A DNA stretch of 63,955 bases, filler included, from Lenisia limosa (lineage: Eukaryota; Protista; Breviatea), in NCBI GenBank assembly GCA_001655205.1. It is 8 parts of 8 records of this genome, joined end to end, with 100 filler letters (N's around TTAATTAATTAA, not from the genome) between each part and the next. Parts side by side here need not be neighbours in the genome. Positions count along the whole stretch, not along the records: positions 39,402 to 62,693 come from LPNZ01002451.1; positions 62,794 to 63,955 come from LPNZ01002593.1; 6 more parts are not named here. The stretch is one strand, 5' to 3'. Both the position numbers and the translations under genes were made by a program. Below, piece by piece: positions 61,401 to 63,955 of this stretch. Under the pieces are notes generated by a model. It ran no database searches. It was not told where the DNA came from and worked only from the letters and a program-made list of their open reading frames with translations. Position 1 is the first letter of the stretch, and every line of letters begins with the position of its first letter.

Positions 61401-62693
61401 GCTTTGAGCTATTATTTTTCTCCATACCCTGTCCTTCACCCTCCAACAGTCCGAAGTTACAGCTGGACTCCCTGCTGCGGCCCCTTCAACCGGAAGTGAT
61501 GAAAACCCCGACCTTATCAAGCTACAGGTTTGTTGACAGAAAGAAAGAAAAAACACAAATTTTTTATTTTTCTTTGTTTACGAATGGACCTATCTTCCAT
61601 TTTGTGCAGTACCTTACAGGCCACTCGTAATATTTGTGGCATGATGTGGGCTCTCTTACGGCGGAACAGGGTCTCCTTCGTGATTGGGAAGTGATGAAGG
61701 CCAAGCGCGAGCAACTGAAGGATAAGGCCCAAGCCATGGCGAGAGATGTAGGCACTATTGTAAATTTGCTCACCTCAACCACCATTGTCACATCTCATTT
61801 TTAGGATGACATTTCTGGTGTTGTTTCGTCCGGCAAGGCCAGTCCTGAGGACATCATGCGCGATGAGGTGCGTTGAATCACACATTCTGACATTTGAGAT
61901 GCTAAGCTGCTCCTCACCCTGCATAGATCAAGAAGTACACCCCTCTCGAGGAAGCGAAGGATGAAACTCTTGCTGAGCAAACTGTTCTGATGGAAGACCT
62001 CAGACTTACTAACGACAAATGGTCAACCTCAAACTCCTTCACTGCTTCTGCTGGCATGGTATTATGGCTTTCGGTTTATCTTGGATTTTTGTTTGACGAG
62101 CCCCCTCACTTCCAAGGCGAAGAGAGAGGCCTACTTGAGAGACTTTGAACAAGCCCAAGCAATGTTCAACGAAATTCATGGAAACCTCAAGTATGGAGGG
62201 GATCTTTAAATGTGTGTCTGAAGTTGCACTTCCTTATGGGTTTAGGGAAGGAAACGGATTTTATCGTCAATTTGAGGGAGTTGTCAAGAAGCACCACGAT
62301 CGTTGCCATGACTTTGTTGTGTCTCGCTCAATGGAAAAGAAGAACAATGTTGAGTATGAACCAATCTTTGCTTCCTTTATGTCTCAGGGATTTAACTCAG
62401 CGACTTGCAAAGACCTCGGTTTCCACTCCTCCTCCCCAGCAACAGTCCCCTCAACAACAACAGCCACCTGTAAGTTTAGCCATAGTATACCCAACCAGTG
62501 GACTGAATTTACTATTTAGAGCTACGCAGCAGCCCAACCTGGTGGATATGGAGCACCCCCTCCACAAGGTATGTTTTCCCCTTTTAAATGGCACTTTTTA
62601 GATGTTCTAATACTCCAGGCCAACAACCCTATTACCAGCAACCTCCCCCTCAACAGCAGCCACAATATGGATACCATCAGCCCCAAGTTTGGG
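58436..62693 (+). CDS. PDCD6IP: ALIX/BRO1 ESCRT accessory protein (C-terminus lost)
   Basis: SVPVKKAEKVNLADPLKKFI and FERASVLFNIAA (BRO1 domain), a helical V-domain region, then a Pro/Gln/Tyr-rich tail. Confidence 0.92.
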
Positions 62694-62793
62694 NNNNNNN
62701 NNNNNNNNNNNNNNNNNNNNNNNNNNNNNNNNNNNNNTTAATTAATTAANNNNNNNNNNNNNNNNNNNNNNNNNNNNNNNNNNNNNNNNNNNN

Positions 62794-62856
62794 GACCAGT
62801 ATAAGCTTTGACCGATTTGCTCTGTGATTTCCCAAGGAAAATAGGTCAAGACTTAT
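62794..62856. mobile_element. Repeat family D copy
   Basis: GATTTCCCAAGGAAAATAGGTCAAGACTTATC core. Confidence 0.6.
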
Positions 62857-63257
62857 CCTAACTTAACTAGTGGGGTTTTGTAGATCTACAAATAATATAA
62901 TGGGTAAGGGGGATGGGATTATCTACGGTTCACAATTTTAGCATCGAAATAGATATCGATGTTTCTTCGAGAAAATTATTCATTTTTGGTAACTATTGTT
63001 TTTTGTTGTGTTTTTTAAGTTTCCAAAAAACCGTAGGACAATTCTGTTAGCTAAATACTTGAGAGAGAACACATGCGGTTGAAAATCACCACAAAAAAAA
63101 CCAAGCCCGACCAGTCGCTTCTGAGGGTGACATGGAGGGAGGGGGGTAAAGCAAGACTATTAGCAAAAGGGTACTCATCACAAACCAAATAAGCTGAAAT
63201 TCAAAAAGCGAGAAACATTGGTGAAATTGGATTCTGACCTATGATAAAATATATGTA

Positions 63258-63338
63258 CACTGGCGACCGGGATAAGTCGACTAATTTGCTATATGATTTC
63301 CCAAAGAAAATTGGTCAAGACTTATCGCGTTCACTTTA
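63258..63338. mobile_element. Repeat family D, best copy
   Basis: Internal inverted GATAAGTC/GACTTATC; TA next to both ends. Confidence 0.6.
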
Positions 63339-63898
63339 TATCATTTGTACAAAGCCCCCACCTGTGTACACCACGGTGTTATCTGGATCGATACAAAGGG
63401 AGGTGATACGCCCGGCATGGCCTTCAATAACCTGAAGAGTTAGTGCAACAGAAACATCAAAATAATAATAATATTAAAAACGAAGGAAACTTCAAAAACA
63501 AAAAAAAAAATCCCAAAAAGATATATCGTCATATCATATGGTATAAAGTATATTTCGACATTAATTTTAGACCGTACAGAATCCTAAACAATACAATCTG
63601 CTTCATAAGCAAGATGGTAGTTCCGGCAAGAAATTGGGGATACTGTTCGTTTATTCAGAAGAAACAACATATCATATGAGATATCAATTGGATTTTAATG
63701 AAAGTAACATAGTAAAACAACAACTTTTATTTTGCTCATCCATCATATATCCGCACCTGCATTTCTTCAGTGTTGTGCCTTGACTGGTTGAGTGGAATAC
63801 TGAAAGACTGGTCCAGAGGCGTATGTGACCTCGATTCGTCTGTAAGCGTAAATGCAGTAATTTTATTTAACAGTATCCCATGTATTAATATATATAGT

Positions 63899-63955
63899 GG
63901 CCGAGTTTGGCCTTGACCGCGTATTTGGCCTTGACCGCGTATCTGGCCTTGACCA
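63899..63955. repeat. 18-nt tandem repeat, possibly coding (GQGQIR)n on the minus strand
   Basis: TGGCCTTGACCGCGTAT(T/C) x3; the CAA/CAG difference is synonymous in the GQGQIR frame. Confidence 0.6.

Noticed and set aside
1-63955. Stop-codon reassignment
   Set aside because: TAA (LSm7), TAG (AP4S1, MTR4) and TGA (gene B, WD40 gene) all end genes, and no in-frame stops were needed in the conserved exons.
1-63955. tRNA, rRNA or snRNA genes
   Set aside because: No cloverleaf with A/B boxes, rRNA block or U-snRNA signature found by eye; a covariance-model scan would be needed to exclude them.

Overview
This is intron-rich, AT-rich nuclear DNA from a flagellated eukaryote, probably a protist. 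It uses the standard genetic code and GT-AG introns; many introns are about 40 nt. The window is not one locus: seven 100-nt spacers (44N-TTAATTAATTAA-44N) join eight separate contigs, and genes are cut at these joins. Recognisable spliced genes are CFAP53-like, LSm7, an UNC-93/MFSD11-like transporter, a SMYD-like SET/MYND protein, a DUF900-type alpha/beta hydrolase, the MTR4 C-terminus, RAD51, NAP1, AP-4 sigma, an EF-hand+WD40 protein, PUF6/PUM3, an HP1-like protein and ALIX/BRO1. There is also a cluster of secreted or surface proteins. The most unusual signal is that abnormally long introns (NAP1, LSm7, UNC-93-like) appear to hold phase-consistent exons of opposite-strand genes, giving interleaved or nested gene architecture. 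Other signals are a dense set of tiny MITE families (one hAT-type with perfect 8-bp TSDs), G-rich intron starts with C-rich intron ends, tandem arrays that multiply splice donors, and head-to-head secreted paralogs, one with a tail-fibre/adhesin-like motif. All exon chains were spliced and translated by hand and family names come from remembered motifs. No database search was run, and gene ends are approximate.
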